A DNA stretch of 64,000 nt from Sedimentisphaerales bacterium (GCA_016933295.1 JAFGBG010000255.1:1185-65184); one strand, 5' to 3'; shown: positions 19,900 through 30,042, counted from the stretch's first letter. Notes: generated by a model not told the origin, from the letters alone. Made by a program: numbers and translations.

Positions 19900-21222
19900 A
19901 TGAACGAAAAAATCGTTAAAATCGGACTTGTCGGTTTTGGAACAATCGGCAGCGGTGTTGCAAAGCTGATAATGGAAGACGCGGATTCTATAGCTTCCAG
20001 AACCGGCCTCAGGCTCGAATTATCTCGTGTCATCGATGTCGATACCACCTCAGAACGTCCTATAAAATTGCCGGGTAATATGCTCTCGGACGATCTAAGT
20101 CAATTACTTAATGATGAAACTATTACAATAGGTATTGAAACCATCGGAGGAACCGATGCGGCAAAACAGGTTCAGTTAAAAATGCTTGAGTCAGGAAAGG
20201 ACGTTGTAACCGCCAACAAAGCCCTTTTAGCCGAACACGGCAACGAATTGTACAGGGCCGCCCGGAAAAACGGCAGATGTATAGCTTTTGAGGCAAGTTG
20301 TGCCGGAGGAATACCTATCATCTCGGCGATTCGATCCGGACTGGCGGCAAACAAGATTACTGCAATGTACGGTATAGTCAACGGAACGTGCAATTATATT
20401 CTCTCAAATATGGCCTCGAAAAACGAGAAATTCGACCAGGTTTTGGCCAGAGCGCAGGAAAAAGGCTATGCCGAACCCGATCCTTCCTTAGATATCAACG
20501 GACAGGATAGCGCCCACAAGCTCGCAATCCTTGCCTCTATTGCATTCGGATACGAGATTATGTTCGATGACATTTTCGTCGAGGGAATTAATAACATATC
20601 GCAGGACGATGTCCATTACGGCAGAGAAATGGGCTATTGTTTGAAGTTGCTGGCAATCGGGCAAAAAGACGAACAAAACAGGATATCCCTCCGGGTCCAT
20701 CCTTCATTTATCGCCAATGATAATCCCCTTTCTCAAGTGGAAGGTCCGTTCAACGCCGTTAGCATATTCGGCAGTGCTGTCGGACAGGTAATGTTCTATG
20801 GACGCGGCGCGGGGATGATGCCGACGGCAAGTGCCGTTGTCGCGGATATAATTGATGTCGCCCTCGGCAATTCAGGCAGGACTTTTAACCATTTGAATAT
20901 ACGTCCAAGAACCGAATCGGAACTATTGATAGATAAAATAGACAACCTTGTAAGCAAATTCTATATTAGAATAATGTGCAAGGACCAGCCCGGCGTAATA
21001 GCACAATGGAGTAAAGTGCTGGCGGAAAACAATATAAGCATATCCGGCGCATTACAACACGAAGGCAAAGGCCCGGATGACACTGTTCCGGTAGTAATAA
21101 TAACACATCTCACCCGGCAGGAAAACATAACCGCCGCTTTAAATGATATGGAAAAGCTTGACGTTATCGGTGGAAATCCGGTCTGTATCAGAATCGTCGA
21201 CATTCCGGAGGACAAGGATTAG
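19900..21222 (+). CDS. hom: Homoserine dehydrogenase
   Basis: It has the N-terminal NAD(P) motif GLVGFGTIGSGV, a central catalytic domain and a C-terminal ACT domain. Confidence 0.93.
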   Translation: MNEKIVKIGLVGFGTIGSGVAKLIMEDADSIASRTGLRLELSRVIDVDTTSERPIKLPGNMLSDDLSQLLNDETITIGIETIGGTDAAKQVQLKMLESGKDVVTANKALLAEHGNELYRAARKNGRCIAFEASCAGGIPIISAIRSGLAANKITAMYGIVNGTCNYILSNMASKNEKFDQVLARAQEKGYAEPDPSLDINGQDSAHKLAILASIAFGYEIMFDDIFVEGINNISQDDVHYGREMGYCLKLLAIGQKDEQNRISLRVHPSFIANDNPLSQVEGPFNAVSIFGSAVGQVMFYGRGAGMMPTASAVVADIIDVALGNSGRTFNHLNIRPRTESELLIDKIDNLVSKFYIRIMCKDQPGVIAQWSKVLAENNISISGALQHEGKGPDDTVPVVIITHLTRQENITAALNDMEKLDVIGGNPVCIRIVDIPEDKD

Positions 21223-22409
21223 TGACAAAATACGCCATAATCATCCCGGATGGTGCGGCAGATGAGCCACTCGAGCAATTTGACGGACAAACCGCGCTCG
21301 AGGCCGCAAAAACACCTAACATCGATAAAATAAGCAAAATCGGCAGACAAGGCCTTGTACGTACCATACCTGAAGGAATGGAAGCCGGTAGCGATGTGGC
21401 ACAAATGTCTCTGTTAGGCTACGATCCTCGTAGATATTACACCGGCAGGGCTCCTATCGAAGCCGCCGCAAGAAACATTAAGCTCTCACTGGGAGACTGG
21501 GTATTCAGGTGCAACCTTGTAACTATTGCCGACGGCAAAATGATGGATCACAGTGCCGGACATATTTCCTCTGCAGAAGGCTCTAAACTGATTACCGAAC
21601 TCGACGAACAGCTCGGCAACGAGAAAATGAGGTTTCATACGGGGGTAAGCTACAGGCACTTATTGGTTACGAAACAGATTGAATTTGATGTAAAAACTTA
21701 TCCGCCTCATGATCATATAGGTCAGCCAATAGACAAAATATTGCCCCGCGGCAAGGGATCGGATTTGCTGATTGATCTAATGGCCCGTTCACAACAGTTT
21801 TTCTCCAACCATGATATTAATCAGGTCAGAAAAGACCTCGGAGAAAACGAGGTCAGCTCCATCTGGCTTTGGGGACACGGCCAGCAGGCCCAACTGGAGC
21901 GTTTCCATAAACGCTTCGGAATAAAAGGTGCCGCTATTACGGCTGTCGACCTTGTGAGAGGTCTGGCGAAATTAATCGGATTCGATTTGATAACCGTACC
22001 GGGCGCCACAGGCTTCATTGACACCGATTACAAAGGCAAAGGTTCGGCGGCAGTTGAAGCGATTAACAATTACGACATTGTATTCGTTCATATTGAAGCG
22101 CCCGACGAAGCTTCTCATTCAGGGAACGCCGAGCTAAAAGTAAAGGCTATTGAGCAAATCGACGAAAATATTGTCGGTCCTGTTTTTGAAGCGCTGCAAA
22201 AATACCCAAAATGGCGAATACTTGTTATGCCGGATCACCCAACCCCCGTCAGGAGCTGTGCTCACTCGGCGGAACCGGTTCCCTTTGCCATGGCGGGCGA
22301 CGACATAAGCGGCATCTTACAGACCACCTTTAGTGAAGTAAATGCCGCAAAATCGGGTTTTCGGATAGATAAAGGCTACGAATTAATGGAGTATTTTCTA
22401 AAAAGTTAA
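21222..22409 (+). CDS. Cofactor-independent phosphoglycerate mutase-like protein (archaeal ApgM type, alkaline phosphatase superfamily); possible non-orthologous homoserine kinase
   Basis: The GTG start overlaps the hom stop (TAGTG). The N-terminus is YAIIIPDGAADEP...TPNIDKISKIG...GSDVAQMSLLGYDP. Confidence 0.8.
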   Translation: MTKYAIIIPDGAADEPLEQFDGQTALEAAKTPNIDKISKIGRQGLVRTIPEGMEAGSDVAQMSLLGYDPRRYYTGRAPIEAAARNIKLSLGDWVFRCNLVTIADGKMMDHSAGHISSAEGSKLITELDEQLGNEKMRFHTGVSYRHLLVTKQIEFDVKTYPPHDHIGQPIDKILPRGKGSDLLIDLMARSQQFFSNHDINQVRKDLGENEVSSIWLWGHGQQAQLERFHKRFGIKGAAITAVDLVRGLAKLIGFDLITVPGATGFIDTDYKGKGSAAVEAINNYDIVFVHIEAPDEASHSGNAELKVKAIEQIDENIVGPVFEALQKYPKWRILVMPDHPTPVRSCAHSAEPVPFAMAGDDISGILQTTFSEVNAAKSGFRIDKGYELMEYFLKS

Positions 22410-22461
22410 AAACTTAACGTCAAATTTTTAAATATAATACAGGAATTTAATTGGACTAAAT

Positions 22462-23697
22462 ATGGCAATCCTCGTACAAAAATTCGGCGGCACTTCGGTT
22501 GCCGATGCCGAAAAGATTCGCCGAGCCGCCAGGCGTGTCATTAAGGCGGCAGAAAACGGCTATTCGGTTGTAGTTGTCGCTTCGGCTCGCGGCAAACAAA
22601 CCGATCAGCTTGTTGCCGATGCTTTGGAACTGAATCCGAATCCACCGAAACGGGAAATGGACCAGTTGCTTAGCACAGGCGAACAACAAACGGTTTCACT
22701 TTTTGCGATGGCACTCGATGCTATGGGGCGTCAGGCTATAAGCTTTACAGGCGGTCAAATCCGAATGATGACCGACAGCGTTCACACAAAGGCACGTATA
22801 AGAAGCATCGACGCCGAGAGAATTCATAATCAACTGGACCAGGGCAAAATCGTTATCGTTGCCGGTTTCCAGGGTATCGACGAATTCGAGAACATAACAA
22901 CGCTCGGCCGGGGCGGCTCAGATACCACCGCCGTTGCTATTGCGGCGGCGCTGGGGGCCAAAGAATGTGAAATTTATACCGATGTTGACGGAATTTATAC
23001 TTCCGACCCGAGGATATATAAAAAAGCCGTAAAGATGGACCAAATCAGTTATGATGAAATGCTCGAAATGGCAAGCCTTGGAGCCGGTGTGATGCATCCT
23101 CGGGCCGTCGAATTCGGCAAAAAATATGATGTTAAAATTCACGTAAGAAGCAGTAGTGATGAAACCATTGGGACAATAATCACTCATGAGGTACCACAAA
23201 TGGAAGGTGTAGTAGTTTCAGGCGCAACCATACAAAAAGATATGGCAAAAATAGGTCTGGTCGGCGTTGATAATGTGCCGGGTAATGCTGCCAAAATATT
23301 CGCGCATCTGGCAAAAGCTAAAGTTGTTGTCAACGATATTATCCAAACAGAAATAAGCTCGGAAAAAGCGAATTTATCGTTCATGATTGAGATTTCGGAC
23401 CTGGACGCTGCAAGGAAAGCCGTGGCGGAAATCAGGAACGAAGTCAATTTCACAGACGTTTTCATCCGGGAGGATATCGCTGAAGTTTCAGTCATCGGCG
23501 TAGGTATGCGAACGCATTACGGCGTAGCGGAAAAAATGTTCGGCGCACTGGCGGAAGCCAAGGTCAATATTGATTCGATTACGACCAGTGAGATTCGAAT
23601 CAGTTGCGCTGTGGATGAAGACCAGGCGGAGAAAGCTCTTGAAGCCGTCTGCAATGTCTTTGAGCTGGACAGACCAGCCAAACAGCGAGGCTCATAA
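22462..23697 (+). CDS. lysC: Aspartate kinase
   Basis: It starts ILVQKFGGTSV, has the GRGGSDTTA motif and carries two C-terminal ACT domains. Confidence 0.95.
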   Translation: MAILVQKFGGTSVADAEKIRRAARRVIKAAENGYSVVVVASARGKQTDQLVADALELNPNPPKREMDQLLSTGEQQTVSLFAMALDAMGRQAISFTGGQIRMMTDSVHTKARIRSIDAERIHNQLDQGKIVIVAGFQGIDEFENITTLGRGGSDTTAVAIAAALGAKECEIYTDVDGIYTSDPRIYKKAVKMDQISYDEMLEMASLGAGVMHPRAVEFGKKYDVKIHVRSSSDETIGTIITHEVPQMEGVVVSGATIQKDMAKIGLVGVDNVPGNAAKIFAHLAKAKVVVNDIIQTEISSEKANLSFMIEISDLDAARKAVAEIRNEVNFTDVFIREDIAEVSVIGVGMRTHYGVAEKMFGALAEAKVNIDSITTSEIRISCAVDEDQAEKALEAVCNVFELDRPAKQRGS

Positions 23698-23722
23698 AAA
23701 ATTGTCGTTTTATTGATGGGAA

Positions 23723-24361
23723 ATGCCACTTAAAAGGACAAGTAATGCTTGTGTAATGAGCAGACGCAGGAGGGCTATCATATTCTTACTGTGCCTGCCC
23801 CTGTTAGCGGTATTGATTGTCTTAGATAATACTGTTATCAAAAATCATCGGCGGCCTCGACCCTCGCCCGGAAAGCAAACAAAAGCCGATGATATAAACA
23901 GATATCACGCCCAAACTTTTACGGTTATCAACATAGTCGATGGTGACACACTGGACATTGACCTGTCCGAAGGGCAGAGCAAATATACACGAATAAGATT
24001 GCTGGGAATCGACGCTCCTGAAATGAAAACCGAAGGCGGCACGATGTTTTTCGCACCGGAATCCACAGAATTCACAAGAAAAACTGCCCTTGGAAAAAAA
24101 GTCGAAGTGTTCCTGGATGAAACAAGCGATACGCGAGGTAAATACGGCAGACTCCTGGCATATGTAAAACTGCCGGACGGTATTTTTTTAAACGAATTAC
24201 TTTTAAGCGAAGGTTTTGCATACGCTGATTTGAGATTTCGCCACAGTTTTTATAACAAATACAGACAATTAGAATCCCGAGCCCACAGCGGCAAAAAAGG
24301 GCTCTGGCAAAAGGTTACCACCGACCAAATGCCCGATTGGCTTAAGGAAAGTGCACAATAG
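23723..24361 (+). CDS. Membrane-anchored thermonuclease (SNase) family protein
   Basis: It has an N-terminal TM helix (IIFLLCLPLLAVLIVL) and SNase motifs DGDTLDI, RLLGIDAPE and GRLLAYV. An alternative start lies at 23756. Confidence 0.85.
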   Translation: MPLKRTSNACVMSRRRRAIIFLLCLPLLAVLIVLDNTVIKNHRRPRPSPGKQTKADDINRYHAQTFTVINIVDGDTLDIDLSEGQSKYTRIRLLGIDAPEMKTEGGTMFFAPESTEFTRKTALGKKVEVFLDETSDTRGKYGRLLAYVKLPDGIFLNELLLSEGFAYADLRFRHSFYNKYRQLESRAHSGKKGLWQKVTTDQMPDWLKESAQ

Positions 24362-24371
24362 TAAGAAATTT

Positions 24372-24405
24372 ATAAAAAAGAGAGGGGCTGATTTTCAGCC
24401 CCTCT
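24372..24405 (-). terminator. Intrinsic terminator of the 24474-25364 gene
   Basis: An 11-bp perfect stem, AGAGGGGCTGA (24381-24391) with TCAGCCCCTCT (24395-24405), is followed on the minus strand by CTTTTTTATA. A second 6-bp hairpin, GCTCCC-taa-GGGAGC, lies at 24434-24448. Confidence 0.8.
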
Positions 24406-24473
24406 TCACGATGTACTATAATTAATGTATTTGGCTCCCTAAGGGAGCTTGCTCTGAACGTTACAGCAAACGA

Positions 24474-25364
24474 TTAATCCTGTGGTGGCCACGGAGGTGT
24501 GACCGGCCCTGTGGGCAGCTCCGGCAGATCACCGTCGCCTTCTGATACATCAGTTGAGTTATCGTAGATCCAAACCTGAAGAAGCTTCAAACCGTTGTTG
24601 TCATACTCCCAGTATTCGTTCTCGAGCATATCATCAAAGATGGGGATTCTAACGTAAATGGTTTCATAGTATTCAAGACCACCCAAACCATCATCAACCC
24701 AAATTTCAACCGCCAGAACGATGGTCAAGAGTTCTGCTGTCACGTTCGTGAAGATGCTCTTGCCCTGTGGGCGCTCTGTGATAGCCTGGCCAACTTGCTC
24801 AATGGAGGCGACACCACCAAATTTGCCTGCTCTGTTAAGAATCTTAATGTCGGCTGCACTCAAAAAAGTTTCGAGTGAGCTTTCAAGGATATCTGCACAG
24901 GTGGTAATTATTGTATAGCCGCCCGGCTGACCAAGTGGACGTATATATATCGAGTAGGCCGACCATACATCAGCATCACCTTTTTCACCGATAATGTAAG
25001 GATCAAGATTCGGATCAGGAAGCGCTAAAATAGCACCTGGACTCGGGTCTTCTGCTGTCGGTTTGCCGCTGTCAGTAGCGTCTTTGTCGAGAATATCGAA
25101 CGAACCTTCTACAAGTTCCGGGTAATCAGCTAAAACATCCTCGTCATCGCTACAAACCAGATTGATCTGGCTTGGTTCGTTAAGGTTGACAAAGATAACT
25201 TTGCCGGAGCCCTGGTCCATGTTCACATTCTTAGGATTCTGCATGCCAATGATGTTAAATTTATATAACCTATCGGCATCAGGTGTACCTTCCGGTTTTG
25301 CATAGACTGTTCCCAAACCCACAACCATTGCAATAACCAGACTCGCAATTACTAATTTTTTCAT
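24474..25364 (-). CDS. Secreted acidic hypothetical protein
   Basis: GGAGG lies 9 nt upstream of the ATG at 25364. The signal peptide is MKKLVIASLVIAMVVGLGTVYA and the tail is Pro-rich (PELPTGPVTPPWPPQD). I recognise no family. Confidence 0.7.
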   Translation of the reverse strand: MKKLVIASLVIAMVVGLGTVYAKPEGTPDADRLYKFNIIGMQNPKNVNMDQGSGKVIFVNLNEPSQINLVCSDDEDVLADYPELVEGSFDILDKDATDSGKPTAEDPSPGAILALPDPNLDPYIIGEKGDADVWSAYSIYIRPLGQPGGYTIITTCADILESSLETFLSAADIKILNRAGKFGGVASIEQVGQAITERPQGKSIFTNVTAELLTIVLAVEIWVDDGLGGLEYYETIYVRIPIFDDMLENEYWEYDNNGLKLLQVWIYDNSTDVSEGDGDLPELPTGPVTPPWPPQD

Positions 25365-26153
25365 TTTCTTTAACCTCCACAAAAAATTTCCACTTGACAT
25401 TCTTTTAGGCTTTTTGCCTCTACACTCTTACGACAATGATCCAACCAGTACCATCTCAATTCAGATACAACTTAAAGAAAAAATTAACAATTGATTGTCC
25501 TGACACCTCCTTTCTGTATGGCACCCAAAAATCTTAAACAAATCCGCAATATTAGTCGAATCGCCGTAGAACAAACGCACTGTCAAGCAGTTTCCTTCCG
25601 CGTCTGCACACGCAATTATCTAAAATGATTCTGATGAAAAAAGCTCACAGAAAACGACGATGGGCCAATAATCATCCTATTTCAAAAAGTGGTTCCCTCT
25701 ATTATTTCTCATATAAATCAAAAATTAAAAGCTTCAGAAGTTCCAATTCAGGCATTAACTTTTATTATCCAGAAAAAATAAGATATCCAAACATTATGAA
25801 TATCAATGTTAATACCAAAAGTTGCCGCAACAACCTAACCAGAGCAGCAAAACTGGAACTCATCCCCATATTCTATGAAATCATGATGCTTCGCACTGTC
25901 CTTGATTATGAAGCTGAACTTCCCCACTACTTTTCCATTTTCATAAAAAGCAGATTAAAGTTGTTTGCATAATTTTGTCAATAAAAAACTCTCTATAAAT
26001 CAAAATATTCTTGCGATAAAGACAAATTCACTCTTAAATCAGCTTCGATACAGGTTTCCAAAAATCCGACAACACATTATTTTTCACCTAACTCCTCTAA
26101 TGATGATATGTTACAACGTTTCGCGAATATCAAATCGTCTTAAAGAGTATTTC

Positions 26154-26182
26154 TTGACATTTTTGCCGGTCCAGGATAATGT
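26154..26182 (+). promoter_or_regulatory. Candidate gyrA promoter
   Basis: TTGACA (26154-26159) is followed by GATAAT after a 15-nt spacer or TAATGT after a 17-nt spacer, about 45 nt upstream of the ATG. Confidence 0.35.
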
Positions 26183-26226
26183 ATTAGCTCAGGAAATTAC
26201 TGTATTTAAGGATAATATAAGAGCTT

Positions 26227-28872
26227 ATGAAAGAACCCAAAAAATTCCAGGAACAGTTCGAGGATATGCGCATCCTCGACGAGTTAAAAAACTCTTACTT
26301 GAACTACGCGATGAGCGTTATTGTCTCCCGTGCCCTGCCGGACGTTCGAGACGGATTGAAACCTTCACAAAGACGTATTCTCGTTGCGATGAACGATTTA
26401 AACCTCGGCCCGAGAAGCAAGCATCGCAAGTGCGCTAAAATCGTCGGTGACACCGGCGGTAACTACCATCCACACGGTGACCAGGCCACTTACGGCACGC
26501 TTGTCAGACTGGGCCAGGAATGGAATATGCGTTATACACTGGTCGATCCGCAGGGCAACTTCGGCAGTATCGATTCCGACCCTCCGGCGGCTATGAGATA
26601 TACCGAAGCAAGGATGGCGGCGCCTGCAACGGAGATGCTCGATGATTTAAAACACGACACGGTCGATTTTGTCCCGAACTACGATGAGACCCGGATGGAG
26701 CCGACTGTGCTCCCTTCAAAATTTCCAAATCTTTTAGTAAACGGCTCTACCGGCATCGCCGTGGGTATGGCCACAAATATTCCTCCCCATAATATCAGCG
26801 AGGTCTGTGACGCACTGCTACTTGTTATTAATGATCCCAACTGCGGATTCAAGGATATTATCAAGCTACTTCCCGGTCCGGATTTCCCTACCGGAGGAAT
26901 TATCTGCGGCAGAAAAGGTATCATGGATGCCTACACCACAGGGAGAGGTCACCTGACAGTCCGGGGAAAGGTCGATATTGAGACTTCAAAAAGAGGCAGA
27001 GACAGAATCGTCGTCACAGAAATACCTTACATGGTGGTTAAAACCACGATAGTCTCGAAAATCGCCGAATGTGTCCAAAACAATACGCTCCCGGAAGTCG
27101 CCGACGTCAGAGACGAATCCGACCGCCGGGGTTTGCGGATTGTTGTGGAGTTGAAAAAAGACGCCGATGCCGAAATAGCCCTGAACAAGCTTTATCGATA
27201 TACTCCCCTGCAAAGCACTTTCGCTATTGCCAATATCGCACTTGTTGACAACAGACCCGAAACCCTGAATATCAGGGAGATGCTCGATTGCTTTATCGGC
27301 CACCGCAAAGACGTCATCCGCAGGAGAAGCCGATTCCTGCTGAGAAGATGCAGGAATCGCGCTCACATCCTCGAAGGTCTCATACTGGCTGTTAGTGACA
27401 TTGACGAAATCATCGATTTGATCAAAAAATCTCCCGACTCACCCACGGCCAAGCTGAACCTGATGAAAAAACCCCTTCATTTGGCCGAGACAGCGACTTT
27501 GAAGAAAATTCTGCCGAAGGCTTTCATTAATGAAAAAAGCAAAGGCAAACATTTTCTTACCGGCCCGCAGGCCGATGCCATTCTGACCATGCAGTTGCAG
27601 AGACTTACCGGCCTGGAAATGGAAAAGCTCGCCAAGGAATACGCCGACCTGACTGAGCAGATCGAAGGCTACCTGGCGGTATTGGCCGACGAAAAAATCC
27701 TGCTGGACATCATCCGTGAGGACATCTACGAAATAAAGGAGAAATACGGCGATAAAAGACGAACAAAAATAGCCGCACAGGCGGAAGAATTTGCCATAGA
27801 AGATTTGATTGCCGAAGAGGAAGTTATCGTAACCGTCAGCCACGGCGGATACGTCAAACGCATGCCTATCGACACTTACCGCCGGCAGGCGCGTGGCGGC
27901 AGAGGAATCATCGGCTCGGATACGAAAGAAGGTGACTTCATCGAGCATCTTTTCATCGCCTCGACGCACGATTATCTGCTTATATTCACGAATCGCGGCA
28001 AGTGCTACTGGCTGAAAGTCTATGACGTTCCGAGCATGTCCAGGCAAAGCAAGGGCAGAAATATAGTCAATCTGCTCAACCTCGGCAGCCAGCAGGTCGC
28101 ATCCATTATCAACGTCAGCAGCTTCGAAGATGAAAGTGAAGACTCGGAAAAGCAACGCCAGTTGTTGATGGCCACAAAGAACGGAATAGTAAAAAAGACA
28201 AAACTCTCGGCCTACGGCAATCCAAGAGCCACCGGCGTTATTGCCATTAATCTCGACCCGAACGATGATTTAATTGGTGTGGCTCTGACCACGGGTTCCG
28301 ATCATATTATCCTCGGAACACGTGACGGCATGACAATTCGCTTCGATGAAAAACAGGTCCGCTCCATGGGCCGGGCGTCGCGAGGCGTCAGAGGCGTCAA
28401 TCTGCGACAGGGTGACACCGTAGTCGGAATGGTTATTGTAGAGGAAAAAGCCGCCCTGTTTACGGTTTGTGAAAACGGGTACGGCAAAAGAACCGGTCTG
28501 GAAAACTACAGGTCTCAGAGCAGAGGCGGAGTCGGCTTGAAAAACATAAAAACATCCTCACGAAACGGCAAAGTAGTCGCTCTCAAGGCCGTCCAGAACA
28601 CGGACGACTTAATGATGATAACTGCTCACGGGATGATAATTCGTACCGGTCTCGACCAGATTCGCTCGATCGGCAGAAATACCCAGGGCGTTCGTTTGAT
28701 TAATCTTAAACCGGGTGACAAGCTCGTGGCTGCGGCAAAAATAGTATCAGAGGAAGCTGAAAATTCAACAACCAATAACGTTCCGAAACAATCTTCACCC
28801 GAAAAGAACGGCGGGGAACAAAACTCGAATAATAAAACAAAATCAAAAGTAAAGAAAAAACGCTCCAGCTAA
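26227..28872 (+). CDS. gyrA: DNA gyrase subunit A
   Basis: It has SRALPDVRDGLKPSQRRIL, the active-site Tyr context AAMRYTEARM, C-terminal beta-pinwheel repeats and a Lys-rich tail. Confidence 0.97.
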   Translation: MKEPKKFQEQFEDMRILDELKNSYLNYAMSVIVSRALPDVRDGLKPSQRRILVAMNDLNLGPRSKHRKCAKIVGDTGGNYHPHGDQATYGTLVRLGQEWNMRYTLVDPQGNFGSIDSDPPAAMRYTEARMAAPATEMLDDLKHDTVDFVPNYDETRMEPTVLPSKFPNLLVNGSTGIAVGMATNIPPHNISEVCDALLLVINDPNCGFKDIIKLLPGPDFPTGGIICGRKGIMDAYTTGRGHLTVRGKVDIETSKRGRDRIVVTEIPYMVVKTTIVSKIAECVQNNTLPEVADVRDESDRRGLRIVVELKKDADAEIALNKLYRYTPLQSTFAIANIALVDNRPETLNIREMLDCFIGHRKDVIRRRSRFLLRRCRNRAHILEGLILAVSDIDEIIDLIKKSPDSPTAKLNLMKKPLHLAETATLKKILPKAFINEKSKGKHFLTGPQADAILTMQLQRLTGLEMEKLAKEYADLTEQIEGYLAVLADEKILLDIIREDIYEIKEKYGDKRRTKIAAQAEEFAIEDLIAEEEVIVTVSHGGYVKRMPIDTYRRQARGGRGIIGSDTKEGDFIEHLFIASTHDYLLIFTNRGKCYWLKVYDVPSMSRQSKGRNIVNLLNLGSQQVASIINVSSFEDESEDSEKQRQLLMATKNGIVKKTKLSAYGNPRATGVIAINLDPNDDLIGVALTTGSDHIILGTRDGMTIRFDEKQVRSMGRASRGVRGVNLRQGDTVVGMVIVEEKAALFTVCENGYGKRTGLENYRSQSRGGVGLKNIKTSSRNGKVVALKAVQNTDDLMMITAHGMIIRTGLDQIRSIGRNTQGVRLINLKPGDKLVAAAKIVSEEAENSTTNNVPKQSSPEKNGGEQNSNNKTKSKVKKKRSS

Positions 28873-28961
28873 TATATCTGTTTTCCTGCCTTAAAAAAGG
28901 GAGACTGTGTTCCGGTTTTTTGCCACTTAGAACCTGCGGCACAAAGTATGTAAAGTAGATT

Positions 28962-29915
28962 ATGGAAAGTTTGATTTATGTCATCGCCGGAAAAGAAGAT
29001 TCTCTCGTCAGTGCCCAATATCAGGAACTTTTAGACGAGCTTATCGAGCCTTCACAAAGAACAACAGGCCTCTTTTCGCCGGACCCGGCAACAATTTCAG
29101 CGGCCGAATGTCTCGATGAGCTGAGAACGGCTCCCTTTCTGACCGACAAACGTGTCGTCGCAATCAGGCAGGCGGACGATTTTATCTCGGCAAATCGCAA
29201 CTCGTTAGAGAAATATTTCGATGCGCCATGCCCGACAGGAAGGCTGATATTAACCGTCAAGAGCTGGGATTCCCGGACCAGACTGGCCAAGAAATTATCG
29301 AAAGCCGGCAAACTTATTAACGTCACACAACCCAAACGATGGCAACTGCCGCAACACATAATCGAATATGCAAATAAAACACACGGCAAAAAATTATCCA
29401 AGGACGCGGCGGAAGTTTTAATCGAGCTTGTCGGCGATGAGCTTACAAGATTGTACAATGAAATCGATAAACTGGCGCTGTACACGGAAAAAGACAAGAT
29501 CATCACCCAAAAACACATCGAATCACTCATCGGCCATAATCGCTTATTCAACGCTTTTGCCGTGATAGATGCAATCACCGACGGCCAAACCACAGCGGCG
29601 GTGGAACGATTGAGGAACATGTTCGCCGAGGACAGGTCCTCGGAATATACCGTCATCGGGGCGTTTGCTTTCCACTTTCGCAGGATATTTAATGCAAAGG
29701 CCCTGGAGGAAAAAGGGCTCTCCCAGGAAAAAATCGCCAAACAGCTCAATATCTGGGGAAACAGGGAGCAGTTTTTCGCCCGGCTTCGCAAAATTACATT
29801 AAAACAAATCGGCAAATATATTCAGTTTCTTGCCGAAACAGACTATGCTATAAAAACCGGCCGTGCCAAGGCACAAATTGAAATGGAACAATTCGTTCTC
29901 AGGCTGGCAAAATAA
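28962..29915 (+). CDS. holA: DNA polymerase III subunit delta
   Basis: It is 317 aa long and its N-terminal domain pattern, LRTAPFLTDKRVVAIRQAD, is typical of HolA. The rest is a helical C-terminal domain. Confidence 0.8.
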   Translation: MESLIYVIAGKEDSLVSAQYQELLDELIEPSQRTTGLFSPDPATISAAECLDELRTAPFLTDKRVVAIRQADDFISANRNSLEKYFDAPCPTGRLILTVKSWDSRTRLAKKLSKAGKLINVTQPKRWQLPQHIIEYANKTHGKKLSKDAAEVLIELVGDELTRLYNEIDKLALYTEKDKIITQKHIESLIGHNRLFNAFAVIDAITDGQTTAAVERLRNMFAEDRSSEYTVIGAFAFHFRRIFNAKALEEKGLSQEKIAKQLNIWGNREQFFARLRKITLKQIGKYIQFLAETDYAIKTGRAKAQIEMEQFVLRLAK

Positions 29916-30042
29916 ATCGCATTTCACTTTACACGTTATGATTTTTATAACGTTTCCCCAAAACTGCCGCAAGATGTTTCTCGATATCTCGAATGCAAAC
30001 AGATTCAATAACTTCCGGAATTGTAATCCATGAGCAGCCGGT

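Noticed and set aside
25765-25773. TTATCCAGA, an 8/9 match to the DnaA box TTATCCACA, raising the idea that the gap next to gyrA is oriC.
   Set aside because: I found only one near-consensus box plus a weaker one (ATATCCAAA at about 25783). There is no dnaA or dnaN nearby and no box cluster. This is insufficient without a genome-wide skew analysis.
25625-26438. Two overlapping plus-strand ORFs (115 and 157 aa) in the AT-rich gap upstream of gyrA.
   Set aside because: Their composition is K/N/I/F/S-rich and low in complexity, as expected from AT-rich DNA. They have no RBS. The second runs through the gyrA promoter and into the gyrA start in another frame.
27439-28155. A 238-aa minus-strand ORF inside gyrA. 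Similar long antisense ORFs occur at 29021-29815 (holA), 11349-12855 (leuS, several), 59026-59658 (ispG), 44837-45433 (sigma), 47460-48164 (LamG1) and 33713-35008 (peptidase).
   Set aside because: They are shadow ORFs opposite well-supported conserved genes. Their composition is biased and they have no RBS or recognisable domains.
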